A stretch of DNA of 64,000 nt from Candidatus Levyibacteriota bacterium. GTDB taxonomy: Bacteria; Patescibacteriota; Microgenomatia; Levybacterales; UBA12049. Of this stretch, positions 29,204-39,600 are shown piece by piece. Positions within the stretch are counted from its first letter, which is position 1, and every line of letters begins with the position of its first letter. The position numbers were made by a program, and so were the translations under genes. Location of the stretch: assembly GCA_016186625.1 (NCBI GenBank), contig JACPLG010000003.1:9645-73644 (forward strand), given 5' to 3'. Below the pieces are notes generated by a model that had not been told where the DNA came from, searched no databases, and saw only the letters and a list, made by a program, of their open reading frames with translations.

Positions 29204-29707
29204 TTAAAAAAATCGAACTGATCTGTATTTACCATCACCCAATACACCTTCATCAATTTGTTTTATGTCGGCAAAGTTCCCGTCATCTCCAACAGCAAAA
29301 AAAGTTTTGTCGCTATCGCTAATTCCTTTTAATAACTTTATAAAGGGGCTGTATATTCTAGCACCTTGAATTTGATATATCACTTCATCGCGGTCTTTAA
29401 ATTCAACAATCCAACCAACATTCCAAAATTTACGGTAATTTTTTGCTTCCAGAATAATATATTTTTTCCATCCACCAAGCAAGGGTATGTGATAAAAAGG
29501 GAAACCTTTAACTGAGTGTCTTGATGGATCATCTCCTGTTATCTTTACAATCTTGTTCTTCGGTACTTTAATTGATGGATAGTTTCTCATGTGCCATCTA
29601 TGTGTTTCTTGGGGAAGTTCAAGTTTAAAACCACAAAGAATCCACATCAAAGGAAAAAGTAAATAGTCGAATACTCTAAAATATGCTGGCACTTTCTGTA
29701 TTTTCAT
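29204..29707 (-). CDS. Hypothetical protein
   Basis: Trp/aromatic-rich ORF; start uncertain. Confidence 0.55.
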   Translation of the reverse strand: MKIQKVPAYFRVFDYLLFPLMWILCGFKLELPQETHRWHMRNYPSIKVPKNKIVKITGDDPSRHSVKGFPFYHIPLLGGWKKYIILEAKNYRKFWNVGWIVEFKDRDEVIYQIQGARIYSPFIKLLKGISDSDKTFFAVGDDGNFADIKQIDEGVLGDGKYRSVRFF

Positions 29708-29760
29708 TTCCAAAATGGAGTATAGCAAAATAAACTAATTACTAGTCTCTAGTCTCTAGT

Positions 29761-32127
29761 CTAGTAGCGGGTTTTCTTAAACGGCCTGGGTCCTCGGTCT
29801 CTTCGGAATTTTTCTTCTCGCTCGCGTCTGAATTGCATTGCCAGTGGGTGCTCCGATCTTCCACCTCTTAGATCGTCATGTCTGGGTCCTCTCATTGGTC
29901 TTCCTCCCGAAGGCTGATATGAAGGTCTTGATCGAGGATGATAAGGCCTGTCTTCTCCTCTGTCTCCGCGATTGTCAAACCCGCCTCGATCCGAGCCTCC
30001 ACGATCTCCGCCGCTCGGCGCGTCTTTGTCCGAACCAAACTTCATGGAAAGATTAATTCTTCCCTGCTCGTCAATTTCAATAACGCGAACCTTAACTTTG
30101 TCGCCTATATTAACTATATCAGCAGGATTTTTAACAAAATCATCGGACATTTGGGAAACGTGCACCATACCTTCTTTACCTGGTAAGAATTCTACAAATG
30201 CTCCAAAAGGAAGCATTCTTTTTACTTCTCCTTCAAAAATTTCTCCGGGACTAACTTCGCGCATCATATTTTTTACCCAATCATAAGCTTTTTGGACTGC
30301 TTCTTGATCAATTCCTGAAACAGTTACTGTCCCGTCATCTTCAACATCAACCTCTGCTCCTGTCTGGGCAATAATATTCTTTATAGTTTTTCCGCCTGGA
30401 CCAATTAGCTCTCCGATTTTATCAACCGGAATTTTGATTGTTTCAATTTTTGGAGCAAACTCTGAAATATTTTCCCTAGGAGCGGGAATGGTTGCTTTCA
30501 TAACCTCTAAAATTTGAAGCCGAGCTGCTTTTGCTCTTTCAAAAATATTTTTTATTTGCTCAATTGTTAGTCCTGGTATTTTTACATCGAGCTGGATTGC
30601 CGTTACTCCGGTATCAGTTCCGGCAACTTTAAAATCCATATCTCCTGAAAAATCTTCAAGGCCAATTATATCTGTGAGAAGTTCGTATGACTTCCCATCA
30701 GACATCATTCCAATTGAAATTCCGGCAACTGGTTTTTTAATAGGAACTCCTGCATCCATTAAAGCTAGGGTTGAGCCGCATACGGAAGCCTGAGAACTTG
30801 ACCCGTTTTGGGAAAGAACTTCTGAAACAACGCGAATTGTATACGGAAAATCTGTTTGCGATGGAACAACTGCTTCAAGAGCTCTTTCTGCCAAGGCTCC
30901 GTGTCCTATCTCACGTCTTGTTGGTACACCTACACGCCCTGTCTGACCAAAAGAGTAAGGAAGCCCTGAGTAATGATGAATGTATCTTTTTGATTCCTCG
31001 CCCTCGGCAGACTCTATCAACTGCTCAAGCCTTGGAGATCCCAGAGTAACAACAGATAAAGCTTGCGTTATTCCTCTTTGAAATAAGGCAGATCCATGAG
31101 TTCTAGGCAGGATTCCTACCTTTATTTCAATTGGGCGAATTTCATCCATTTTTCGGGAGTCCGGTCTTTTTTTCTTAGTCAAAATATTGCTTCTAATTAT
31201 TTTAAACATTACTTTTTCCAGAGCCTGGGCAACTGTTTTTTTATCAATTTCAGAGGTTGAATCTTTTACTTTTACGCTGTCATAAATTTTATCTATAACA
31301 GCCCCTGTCTCATCTCCTCCGCTTTCTTTATTTACTCTTGAATCAATTAAACCTTGAACTTCTTCTTTGTAGGATTTTTCTACGAGAGCTATCATTTCAT
31401 GAAGATCCTCTTCCTGGGGAATTGGTAATTTTGTTTGTCCCGACTTTTTTATTAGTTCTTCTATCCCCGCAATTATTTTTTGATTCTCCAAGTAAGCTTT
31501 TTCTATTGCTTCTATCAAGATTTGCTCTTCTATTTGGTTGGCTCCTGCCTCAATCATTACTGTTTTATCTTTTGATTGAGAGACTACCAAATCAAGTTCT
31601 GAAAATTCCTGCTCGCTTCCCGGATTTATAATGCAGGCTGTTTCTCCATTTCCTTTCTCTTTAACACACCCAACTCTTACGGCACCAATTGGCCCGTTCC
31701 ACGGAATTCTTGATGTTGACAGCGCTGCGGAGACTGCGTTTAAAGCCACGATATCAGGTTCATTTTCTCCATCAACAGAAAGAACAGTCACAATTACTTG
31801 AACTTCGTTTTTAAATGCTTTGGGAAATAACGGACGGACAGAGCGATCAATTAGGCGTCCCGCCAAAATTGCCTCATCAGAGGGGCGTCCTTCTCGCTTT
31901 ACCCAGCGCGAACCTTTAATTTTCCCACCTGCATATAGCCGTTCTACGTATTCTACTGAAAGCGGAAAATAATCCAGATCCGTCTCTCCTCCTTCAACAA
32001 CTGTTGCAAGAACAACCGTATCTCCAAGCCGGCCCAAAACTGAAGATGTTGCTTGCGCAGCTAAATCTCCCGTCTCAAAGGTTAATTTTTTACCTGCTAA
32101 TTCTAACTCCACTGAGGCTTTTTTCAT
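29761..32127 (-). CDS. pnp: Polyribonucleotide nucleotidyltransferase
   Basis: RLIDRSVRP, RREIGHG, GDMDFKVAG, KH and S1 domains; RG-rich tail. Confidence 0.98.
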   Translation of the reverse strand: MKKASVELELAGKKLTFETGDLAAQATSSVLGRLGDTVVLATVVEGGETDLDYFPLSVEYVERLYAGGKIKGSRWVKREGRPSDEAILAGRLIDRSVRPLFPKAFKNEVQVIVTVLSVDGENEPDIVALNAVSAALSTSRIPWNGPIGAVRVGCVKEKGNGETACIINPGSEQEFSELDLVVSQSKDKTVMIEAGANQIEEQILIEAIEKAYLENQKIIAGIEELIKKSGQTKLPIPQEEDLHEMIALVEKSYKEEVQGLIDSRVNKESGGDETGAVIDKIYDSVKVKDSTSEIDKKTVAQALEKVMFKIIRSNILTKKKRPDSRKMDEIRPIEIKVGILPRTHGSALFQRGITQALSVVTLGSPRLEQLIESAEGEESKRYIHHYSGLPYSFGQTGRVGVPTRREIGHGALAERALEAVVPSQTDFPYTIRVVSEVLSQNGSSSQASVCGSTLALMDAGVPIKKPVAGISIGMMSDGKSYELLTDIIGLEDFSGDMDFKVAGTDTGVTAIQLDVKIPGLTIEQIKNIFERAKAARLQILEVMKATIPAPRENISEFAPKIETIKIPVDKIGELIGPGGKTIKNIIAQTGAEVDVEDDGTVTVSGIDQEAVQKAYDWVKNMMREVSPGEIFEGEVKRMLPFGAFVEFLPGKEGMVHVSQMSDDFVKNPADIVNIGDKVKVRVIEIDEQGRINLSMKFGSDKDAPSGGDRGGSDRGGFDNRGDRGEDRPYHPRSRPSYQPSGGRPMRGPRHDDLRGGRSEHPLAMQFRREREEKFRRDRGPRPFKKTRY

Positions 32128-32303
32128 TAATATCTAATCTTTCTTTCGTAACTCATTATCAAGAAGCGTTCGGGGGTTTATCACTTATTCTACAGTCCGA
32201 ACAATATTGTTAAATGGTTACATGGCTAAATCTTTAATCGTTTTCAATTAACTATTTAGCTATGTATCTATTCTTCCCTTATAGCTATTTTAGCTTTTTA
32301 TTC

Positions 32304-32573
32304 TTAATCTTTCAATCCTACTTTTTTAGTAATTTCTGACGATCTTGCTTTATCTACTTTTAATAAAAAATTAAGTAGCCTTCTTCTTTTTGCAATCATT
32401 GATAAAAGTCCGCGCCTTGAATGAACATCATGGCTGTGTGCTTTCAAATGATCCGTCAATTTTTCAATGCGGGTTGTTAAAAGCGCAATCTGAACTTCAG
32501 GACTTCCCGTATCTCCTTTTACTGTTTGAAATTTCTTAATTATTTCTTGCTTTTGCGAAGTTGTAAGTGGCAT
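32304..32573 (-). CDS. rpsO: 30S ribosomal protein S15
   Basis: DTGSPEVQIALLT and HSRRGLL motifs. Confidence 0.98.
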   Translation of the reverse strand: MPLTTSQKQEIIKKFQTVKGDTGSPEVQIALLTTRIEKLTDHLKAHSHDVHSRRGLLSMIAKRRRLLNFLLKVDKARSSEITKKVGLKD

Positions 32574-32698
32574 ACCTTATTAATTTAAAATTTCAAATTT
32601 CAAATTCTTTTGTGTATTATACCAAGAATTTTTAAATTTAACAATCTTGTTGTTCAGTCAACTATTCCAACCATTTTAGCCATACAAACTATTTTAGA

Positions 32699-33688
32699 CT
32701 ATTCAACGTTGGTTGAGCCTTTGTATATTTTTGGCGATAGCCAATCCGGAGGGGCTTCCTGCCTGCCGGCAGGCAGGTCATCTTTTTTTTGCTCCCTTGG
32801 AAATTCCCTTATTGATTGTGGCGAAGAGGAACGAGCTACTTGCGATGCGGGTGTTTGAACTGCTTGCGGTGAGACTGATCTGCCCATCCCCGGTCTTGCA
32901 GGAGGGCTGGGATATCCAAAAGATTGCGGGCTAACTCTTTGTGTCATTGGTTGGGTCCTTGGACTAACACTTTCTCTAAATGCACCATTTCTAAGAAGAA
33001 TTCCGGTCATTTCAAATGCGAGTGAGCTTGTTTGCGGACTTTGAAAATCCGCTGTTGCCGAAACTATTCCATCCATTAAATTCTGAGAAATATCAGGATC
33101 CATGGGATATGCAAGGGTCACCAAGATATTGGCGATTTGCTCAGAAATAGACGATGCAGTCTGACCAATTACTACAATATCTCCAAATCCTTCATTATTA
33201 CCAAATTTGTCAATATTAACAATTGTTGTATCCTTAAGTCTGTCTATGCTAAATTGGGCTGAAAGTTCCGAGAGTCTTTTGACTCCTACTGCAATAAGTA
33301 CTTGTGGGACTTCTCCTGATCTTCTGAAAAGAACATCTTTTTCTCCAAAAGAAAGAGAATTTTCCTTAGGTTTGACAATAATGTTTAGAAGTCCACTTTC
33401 AAGAGTGTAAGAAACTTTTCCAATCTCATCTCCTTGATAGGGAAACGAAACCACTAAATCTCCACTTTTTGATTCGAAGTAGGGCTTAACCTTGTCTATT
33501 CCGACTAAATTTGATACCTCTACCAAAGGCTCCCTAGAGGAAATTACTGATACGTCTTTACCTAAAGAGCTAAGCGCAAGATAAAGTGCGAGTGCTCCTC
33601 CCATTTCATCAAGGCTATAACCAGATCCAACAACAATAGCAAAACTTGCTTTTGTATCAAAAATTTCTCTTAATCTTTGGAGTTCCAT
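32699..33688 (-). CDS. Degenerate DHH/NrnA-like protein
   Basis: DHH-like layout (LDEMG, VNIDK, SSISE, GIVSAT..F) without the DHH residues; Pro/Ser-rich tail ending PPDWLSPKIYKG. Confidence 0.6.
   Translation of the reverse strand: MELQRLREIFDTKASFAIVVGSGYSLDEMGGALALYLALSSLGKDVSVISSREPLVEVSNLVGIDKVKPYFESKSGDLVVSFPYQGDEIGKVSYTLESGLLNIIVKPKENSLSFGEKDVLFRRSGEVPQVLIAVGVKRLSELSAQFSIDRLKDTTIVNIDKFGNNEGFGDIVVIGQTASSISEQIANILVTLAYPMDPDISQNLMDGIVSATADFQSPQTSSLAFEMTGILLRNGAFRESVSPRTQPMTQRVSPQSFGYPSPPARPGMGRSVSPQAVQTPASQVARSSSPQSIREFPREQKKDDLPAGRQEAPPDWLSPKIYKGSTNVE
32758..32777. repeat. 20-bp perfect palindrome CCTGCCTGCCGGCAGGCAGG inside a CDS
   Basis: Identical copy at 54956-54975. Confidence 0.85.
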
Positions 33689-33784
33689 ATTAATCGCTTA
33701 AGCTCAAAATAATAAATTAAAAATTATATCTCAAAGATTTTAGATTTAACCTATTATTTTTAATTTAAATTCTATAGGATATTT

Positions 33785-35236
33785 TTAGCTATGGCATATT
33801 ACCATATCTCCAATATTAAAGTCAAGGGATGGACCAATAATTATTCCTGCTTCCCCCCCCGCCTCCACTTTTGATTTTTGCTCTTTACCCTGTCTTACGG
33901 AATTTATATGGCCACCTCCAATAACTTCTTCTCCCCGTTCAATTCTTACCTTATCACCCTTGGCAACTCTTCCTTCAAGAACTTTTACCCCCATAACGGT
34001 TTGTTTGTCAAATGGAAAACTTGCCAAAATTTTTGCAGTGCCATAAATCTCTTCCAAAAGCGATAGCTCTTTTCCTTCAACTACATCTGCAATTTCATCA
34101 AGCATTTCATAGATGACTGTATAATTCTTCACCAAAACTTTCTCATTTAAAGCCAATTTTGCAATATCAGGCTTTATTTTTATATTAAAACCTAAGACGA
34201 GCGCGCCTGTTGACTTGGCTAACAAAATGTCTGCTGAGGTGATATCCCCAGTTTTTTTAAGGATCACGTTTATTTTTGGAGGAAGAGATGTGTAAATAGC
34301 CTCAAGCGAACCAAATGTATCTGCAACCAAAATAAGAGAAACTACCCCCTCTTCATTTCTTACTGGTCTTTTTTCTGTTTTTTCTTCCTCCGCCGCCTCA
34401 GAGCCTTTGTTAACAACACTACCTACGCCGGGCACTCGCTCAAAGCCTAATACCTCAACTGCTTCTCCTATACTAGCTTCATTTATCTGTTTTCCTGAAT
34501 CTGATATCAAGCTTCTGACTTTTCCGGTGACCTCTCCTGTTGTAATCTGGTCTCTAACTGAAATTCTTCCGTTTTTGACAACAAGTGTTGCTTTTGCGCC
34601 CGCTTTTGGATCTTGTTTTGATTCTATAACTATAGCTTTTAATGGAGAACTCAAACTTACATTCTCTTCTGGGTGTAAATCTGAAACCAATAAAATTAGA
34701 TCCAATAACTCTTTGATATTTGTATTCTTCTTAGCGGAGACTTCAATTACAGGTACGTCCCCACCAAGTCCCTCAATTAAAACTTCTTCTCCGGCCAATT
34801 GTTTTTTTGCCTTTTCTGGATTTTTATGTGGATCGTCTGACTTGGTTAAAACAACAATATAAGGAATTTTTGAGGCTTTGAGTAAACTTATACTTTCTTT
34901 TGTCTGGGGCATTACACCATCAACCGAGGAGACTATTAAAAGACCTATGTCTGCGGCCTGAGCTCCACGTGAACGCATCTTTGCAAAAGCCTGATGCCCT
35001 GGAGTATCAATAAAAGTAATCCACCTTTTTTTGCCTTCATGCTTGTCCTGAGCAGAGTCGAAGGATTCCACCTCAACGCTTGAGGCGCCGATTTTTTGTG
35101 TAATTCCGCCATGCTCCCGCTGCGCAACCCCGGTTTTTCTAATAGCATCAAGAAGTGTCGTTTTACCGTGGTCAACATGACCCAAAACTGCTACAACTGG
35201 AGGGAATTGCTGAATTGTTTTTTCGTTTTTTTCCAT
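33785..35236 (-). CDS. infB: Translation initiation factor IF-2 (no N-terminal domain)
   Basis: GHVDHGKTT, GGITQ, DTPGH and DGVMPQT motifs. Confidence 0.96.
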   Translation of the reverse strand: MEKNEKTIQQFPPVVAVLGHVDHGKTTLLDAIRKTGVAQREHGGITQKIGASSVEVESFDSAQDKHEGKKRWITFIDTPGHQAFAKMRSRGAQAADIGLLIVSSVDGVMPQTKESISLLKASKIPYIVVLTKSDDPHKNPEKAKKQLAGEEVLIEGLGGDVPVIEVSAKKNTNIKELLDLILLVSDLHPEENVSLSSPLKAIVIESKQDPKAGAKATLVVKNGRISVRDQITTGEVTGKVRSLISDSGKQINEASIGEAVEVLGFERVPGVGSVVNKGSEAAEEEKTEKRPVRNEEGVVSLILVADTFGSLEAIYTSLPPKINVILKKTGDITSADILLAKSTGALVLGFNIKIKPDIAKLALNEKVLVKNYTVIYEMLDEIADVVEGKELSLLEEIYGTAKILASFPFDKQTVMGVKVLEGRVAKGDKVRIERGEEVIGGGHINSVRQGKEQKSKVEAGGEAGIIIGPSLDFNIGDMVICHS

Positions 35237-35242
35237 AAATTA

Positions 35243-35381
35243 TTTAAATCCGAATATCGAATATCGAAACTCGAAACAATATCAAAATTCAAATGTTCAA
35301 ATTGACTAAACATATGTTTTGAATTTCGAATTTCTACTATTTGAATTTGTTTCGTATTTAGTGCTTCGGATTTCGAATTTG
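35243..35381. repeat. Heptamer-periodic imperfect inverted repeat
   Basis: AAATCCG AATATCG AATATCG AAACTCG..., mirrored by ...TTCGGATTTCGAATTT. Confidence 0.65.
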
Positions 35382-35382
35382 T

Positions 35383-36699
35383 TCATTTTTTAGCATCTGT
35401 ATCCGGATTTTCAGGCTGCATTGTTTCATTTTCCGACACTTCTTCTTTTATTTCAGCAGGAGCTTCGTCAGATTCATTGGCGGTAGCGTCCGAACCCTCC
35501 TGAGGTGAATCGGAAACCAACCCCTCGGCAGATTTTGTTCGTTTCTTAGCTTCTGTAGGTTGGTTTCCGCTTAGCGAGGAGGTGTCCAAACTCGATGCCT
35601 CCTCTGTAACCGTCTGAGCGTCACCCGAAGGAGGCGTTTGGTCGCTGGCGCCTTTTTTCTCATCATCTTTTTCAACTTTTGAAGTCTTTTCTTTTGCCTC
35701 GACCTCTTCAGACGGTGCTTCTTCCTCATCCTCCAAAGCTTCACTGGCAGATAGCTCACCTTCAATCTCAATCCTATATCCTGTAAGCTTTGAGGCTAAT
35801 CGGACATTCTGGCCGTCTTTTCCAATCGCCAGGGATAACTCTTCCTGCGGAACTTTAACTCTTGCAGTTTTTTCTTTCTCCGAAATTTCAACTGTTAAGT
35901 TTTTAGCAGGAGAAAGCGCCTGTATAACATAGTCCCTGGGGTTTTCCTGCCACTGAATTATGTCAATTTTTTCAAGACCGTTAAACTCCGCAATAATTGC
36001 CTGTACCCTAACACCTTTTTGGCCGACACAGCTTCCTACCGGATCGATTCCTGCCTGGGAGGAGGATACTGCAATTTTTGCTCTGTTTCCTGGTTCTCTT
36101 TCTATTGCTCTTATCTCAACAGAGCCTTGGGCAACTTCAGGAACTTCACGTTTTAATAAACCTTCGAGCAAACCATTATCTGCGCGAGAGACAACTACTT
36201 CTTCTCCTTTTGGACCTTCGTGGATTTCCTTAAGATAAACAGCCAATCGCTGATTCAGGTGATATTTTTCATTTGCAATCTGCTCCGCCGTAGGCATTAC
36301 TCCTTCTGCTTTTCCAATATCAACTATAATATTTGGGCCTGCAAATCTAAGAACCATGCCGTTAACAATTGTGCCAATTCGGACTTTGTAGTCTGTGATT
36401 ATTGCTTCTTTTTCTTTCTCTCGGATTCTTTGAAGTATGACTTGCTTGGCGGTTTGGGCGGCAATTCTTCCAAATCCTGGAGGAGTTACATCTTCTTTGT
36501 CATGGAAAATTCTGGCCTCACCTGAGTTAGAGTCCAGCGTTGCCGAGTACTCTTCAATTACAATATCAGGGTGATCTTTCCTATAGGCCGCCAGAATTGC
36601 GTTCTGGACTGTCTCAAGAACTATAGAGGGGTCAATGCCCCTTTCATTTGCTACCTGATTTAATGCGAGAGCAAACTCGCTTCTTTGGATTGCCGGCAT
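35383..36699 (-). CDS. nusA: Transcription factor NusA with acidic disordered tail
   Basis: FGRIAAQTAKQ, EVPE, DPVGSCVG and AIGKDGQNVRLA motifs. Confidence 0.97.
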   Translation of the reverse strand: MPAIQRSEFALALNQVANERGIDPSIVLETVQNAILAAYRKDHPDIVIEEYSATLDSNSGEARIFHDKEDVTPPGFGRIAAQTAKQVILQRIREKEKEAIITDYKVRIGTIVNGMVLRFAGPNIIVDIGKAEGVMPTAEQIANEKYHLNQRLAVYLKEIHEGPKGEEVVVSRADNGLLEGLLKREVPEVAQGSVEIRAIEREPGNRAKIAVSSSQAGIDPVGSCVGQKGVRVQAIIAEFNGLEKIDIIQWQENPRDYVIQALSPAKNLTVEISEKEKTARVKVPQEELSLAIGKDGQNVRLASKLTGYRIEIEGELSASEALEDEEEAPSEEVEAKEKTSKVEKDDEKKGASDQTPPSGDAQTVTEEASSLDTSSLSGNQPTEAKKRTKSAEGLVSDSPQEGSDATANESDEAPAEIKEEVSENETMQPENPDTDAKK

Positions 36700-36816
36700 A
36701 ATATAAATTAGGATTTAGGAATAAAGGATTTAAGTGATAAGTGACTTATCATTGTTTTCTTTTAATCCTGAAATCCTGTTGATAGAGTATACCAGAATAT
36801 GAGCCTAGCTTCAAGG

Positions 36817-39174
36817 CTAAGGCTGTTTGACAAAGGTTAGGTTCGAACGGGGATCTACGGAAGCTAGAATTTTATCTCCTCGGACAAATTCACCGGCGAG
36901 GATTTTTTTGGCAATCACATCTTCCGCCTTGTCCTGAATGTAGCGAGCAAGAGGCCGCGCGCCAAATTCTTCGTTATATCCCCCTTGGGCAATCTTCTCA
37001 ATTGAGGCTACGTCAAAATTAAGAATAATGTCTTGTGAGGCCATCCTGCTTGATAATTCAGTAAGTAAAAGTTTGGTGATCTGAGCAATCTCATAAGAAT
37101 TAAGTGGTTTAAAGAAAATAATATCATCAAATCTATTCAAAAGTTCGGGAGTAAAAATAGCATTCTTTTGAAGATAGTCTAAAAGTGTTCTGCTGTTAAG
37201 ATCAGCATTATAGACCAGACTTTCCCTAATAAACTCTGATCCGGCATTGCTTGTTGCAATAATAATGGCATTTGAGAATGAAATTGTTTTACCATTGTTA
37301 TCAGTAAGGCGTCCATCATCAAAGACCTGTAAAAACAGATTCAAGATCTTTTCATTCGCCTTCTCAAATTCATCAAGTAGAACCAGTGAAAAAGGATGTC
37401 TTGCAACTTTATCAAGAAAACTGCCGGATTCGGACTCAAGCAGTCGAGTGAGAGCGTCAGGATTTGCGTATTCGCTCATATCTGCCCTAATAATATGTGC
37501 CTCTCCTCCAAAATATATTCTGGCAAGGGTTTTGGCAGTTTCAGTTTTTCCAACACCTGTTGGGCCAAGAAATAAAAATGATATCGGTTTTTCCCGGGCA
37601 ATCCCTACCCTTATTCTTCGCATCGCCTCAGAAACTTGGCGAATTGCCTCATCCTGTCCAATAACAAACTTATGCATTTCATTTTCCAGATTCAAAAGAA
37701 GCATTTTTTCACCTGCTTTGGGACTTCCAATTGGGATATGGCTTTTTTGTTCAACCTTTTCAAGAATATCTTCCTCTAAAACAATTTTATTTCTATTTTT
37801 CCCCAAATAGACTGAGTTTGCCGTCTCTGTCAAGAGATCTACCGCTGATCCAGGAAGCGAACCGTTTGGATCAAATTTATCTGCATATTTAACTGCCGTA
37901 ACAACAGCTTTATAACTTAGGGTAACTTTATTTTGCTCTTCTATCTCTTCTGTTTTTTGAAACAGCATTTTTAAAGCTTCCTCAATGCTTGGGGCTTCCA
38001 GCTTTATAACCTCAAAAAACTCTCTAAGCGCATTATCTTCGAAAAATTGTTTATAGTTAGAATTAGTCATTGTTGCAATTATTGGCAATTTTCCATCTTT
38101 AAGGTATGGAAGAATTGCTCCGGAAAGCTCAATTCCGAAGGACTGGGAGCCTAAAATATTTTGAAACTCGGGAATATAAATAACTACATTTCCGGAATGT
38201 TTCACTTCATCAATTAGTGCTTGTAGTCTTTCTTCCAGTTCCTCTCTGTTTTTGGCACCTGCCACTAGTTGCCCCACCGCTAACTCTAAAAATCTTCGGT
38301 GATTAAGTTTTCGTGATAAATTCGCCTCATAACTATCATAGATAAAATCGTCCACCAAATTGCTTTTGCCAGTCCCAATATCTCCAACAAGAAGCACGTT
38401 ATTATTTTGGCTTTTTTGCATTGCCTCAAGTAACGTTTGGTATTCCCTCTCTCTTCCCTCAACAAATGATTTTCGCCTCACATTTGAGAAGGTTAGGTCC
38501 TTAGTGTATTTTTTTGTTTCAGGAGTCCAGCCGTATACAAGAGTTTCAGCAAATCCAATTCCTACAAATCTGGCTTTTGTTTCCTTAGGCCTTTCTTCCT
38601 CATAAATTACCCTCCCCCAATGATTGATATTTAAAACATCTATTTCTTTTAATTTACTATCAAAAAGAAGTTTCGTCTGCTCTTCAGTAATGAGTAAATA
38701 TGCGCTAATTAAATCTATGGAGGTTACAAATTTACCATTAAGTCTTCTTGCAGTATCATATGCCTTCCTTGACAGTTCTATTTGAGAAACGCTTAAAATT
38801 TTTATATTTTTTCTATCAATAGCTGCTTTTTCCAAAAAGAATTTTACCTGTGGAAGTTTAAATAAATAATTTAAGATAGAGCCGGCGTCTTTTTTAAAAA
38901 GGGCTGACATTAAAGCCTGTTTTGTGAAAGAATTATAGGGATCTTGAGGATTTTCAGAAACTGAAGACAGCGGATTAATTCTCCCTAATTCATATTTAAT
39001 AAATATATGAATTATTAAACTAAGCGATAAAAGGAATAATGGAAATTTAGGAAAAGAGCCTCCGGCCAGTTGATAAAAAACCCATATTAATAGGCCGTTA
39101 ACGGCGACTAGTCGAAACAGTATAAAAACTGCTGAGTTATAAATTAAAGATATTCTTATTTTTTCGTCTCTCAT
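36817..39174 (-). CDS. Clp/Hsp100 two-ring ATPase with N-terminal TM helices
   Basis: GDIGTGKS, GPTGVGKTE, LLDEFEKA, DDGRLTD, PELLNRFD and FGARPL motifs. Confidence 0.9.
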   Translation of the reverse strand: MRDEKIRISLIYNSAVFILFRLVAVNGLLIWVFYQLAGGSFPKFPLFLLSLSLIIHIFIKYELGRINPLSSVSENPQDPYNSFTKQALMSALFKKDAGSILNYLFKLPQVKFFLEKAAIDRKNIKILSVSQIELSRKAYDTARRLNGKFVTSIDLISAYLLITEEQTKLLFDSKLKEIDVLNINHWGRVIYEEERPKETKARFVGIGFAETLVYGWTPETKKYTKDLTFSNVRRKSFVEGREREYQTLLEAMQKSQNNNVLLVGDIGTGKSNLVDDFIYDSYEANLSRKLNHRRFLELAVGQLVAGAKNREELEERLQALIDEVKHSGNVVIYIPEFQNILGSQSFGIELSGAILPYLKDGKLPIIATMTNSNYKQFFEDNALREFFEVIKLEAPSIEEALKMLFQKTEEIEEQNKVTLSYKAVVTAVKYADKFDPNGSLPGSAVDLLTETANSVYLGKNRNKIVLEEDILEKVEQKSHIPIGSPKAGEKMLLLNLENEMHKFVIGQDEAIRQVSEAMRRIRVGIAREKPISFLFLGPTGVGKTETAKTLARIYFGGEAHIIRADMSEYANPDALTRLLESESGSFLDKVARHPFSLVLLDEFEKANEKILNLFLQVFDDGRLTDNNGKTISFSNAIIIATSNAGSEFIRESLVYNADLNSRTLLDYLQKNAIFTPELLNRFDDIIFFKPLNSYEIAQITKLLLTELSSRMASQDIILNFDVASIEKIAQGGYNEEFGARPLARYIQDKAEDVIAKKILAGEFVRGDKILASVDPRSNLTFVKQP

Positions 39175-39191
39175 CTAATAAATCCAGCATC

Positions 39192-39533
39192 TTAGAAAGG
39201 TGCTTGGATAAAAGGTATAAAAAGAGTTATAACTGGCCACCACAGAAAAAGAGCCAAGAGGCTCAGTTCCACAAAAATAACAAAAATGAAAATTATCAAA
39301 TCTACAAGGATAAGAATACTTTTTATAAATATTCCCATCCCTATTGAAAAAGCAACAAGACCTTTGCGGTATTCGTTTTTTAATGGCTTAAAAAAAGTTC
39401 TGACCATCAGAGGAAGAGAAAGAATTTGCAAGACTGCGTGATTAACAGATCCAAAATATTTAACAAGTCTAAGAGGCGAATCTATATACCAAAATTTGAT
39501 AAATAAGGTAGGTATGGACAGATACAAATTCAT
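39192..39533 (-). CDS. Small membrane protein
   Basis: Hydrophobic; co-oriented directly upstream of the Clp ATPase. Confidence 0.65.
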   Translation of the reverse strand: MNLYLSIPTLFIKFWYIDSPLRLVKYFGSVNHAVLQILSLPLMVRTFFKPLKNEYRKGLVAFSIGMGIFIKSILILVDLIIFIFVIFVELSLLALFLWWPVITLFIPFIQAPF

Positions 39534-39600
39534 TAACTACACCCTAAACGCTATACGCTAAACCCTAGGGCAATCTAAGTATAAGAACTTGAGGCCAAAA

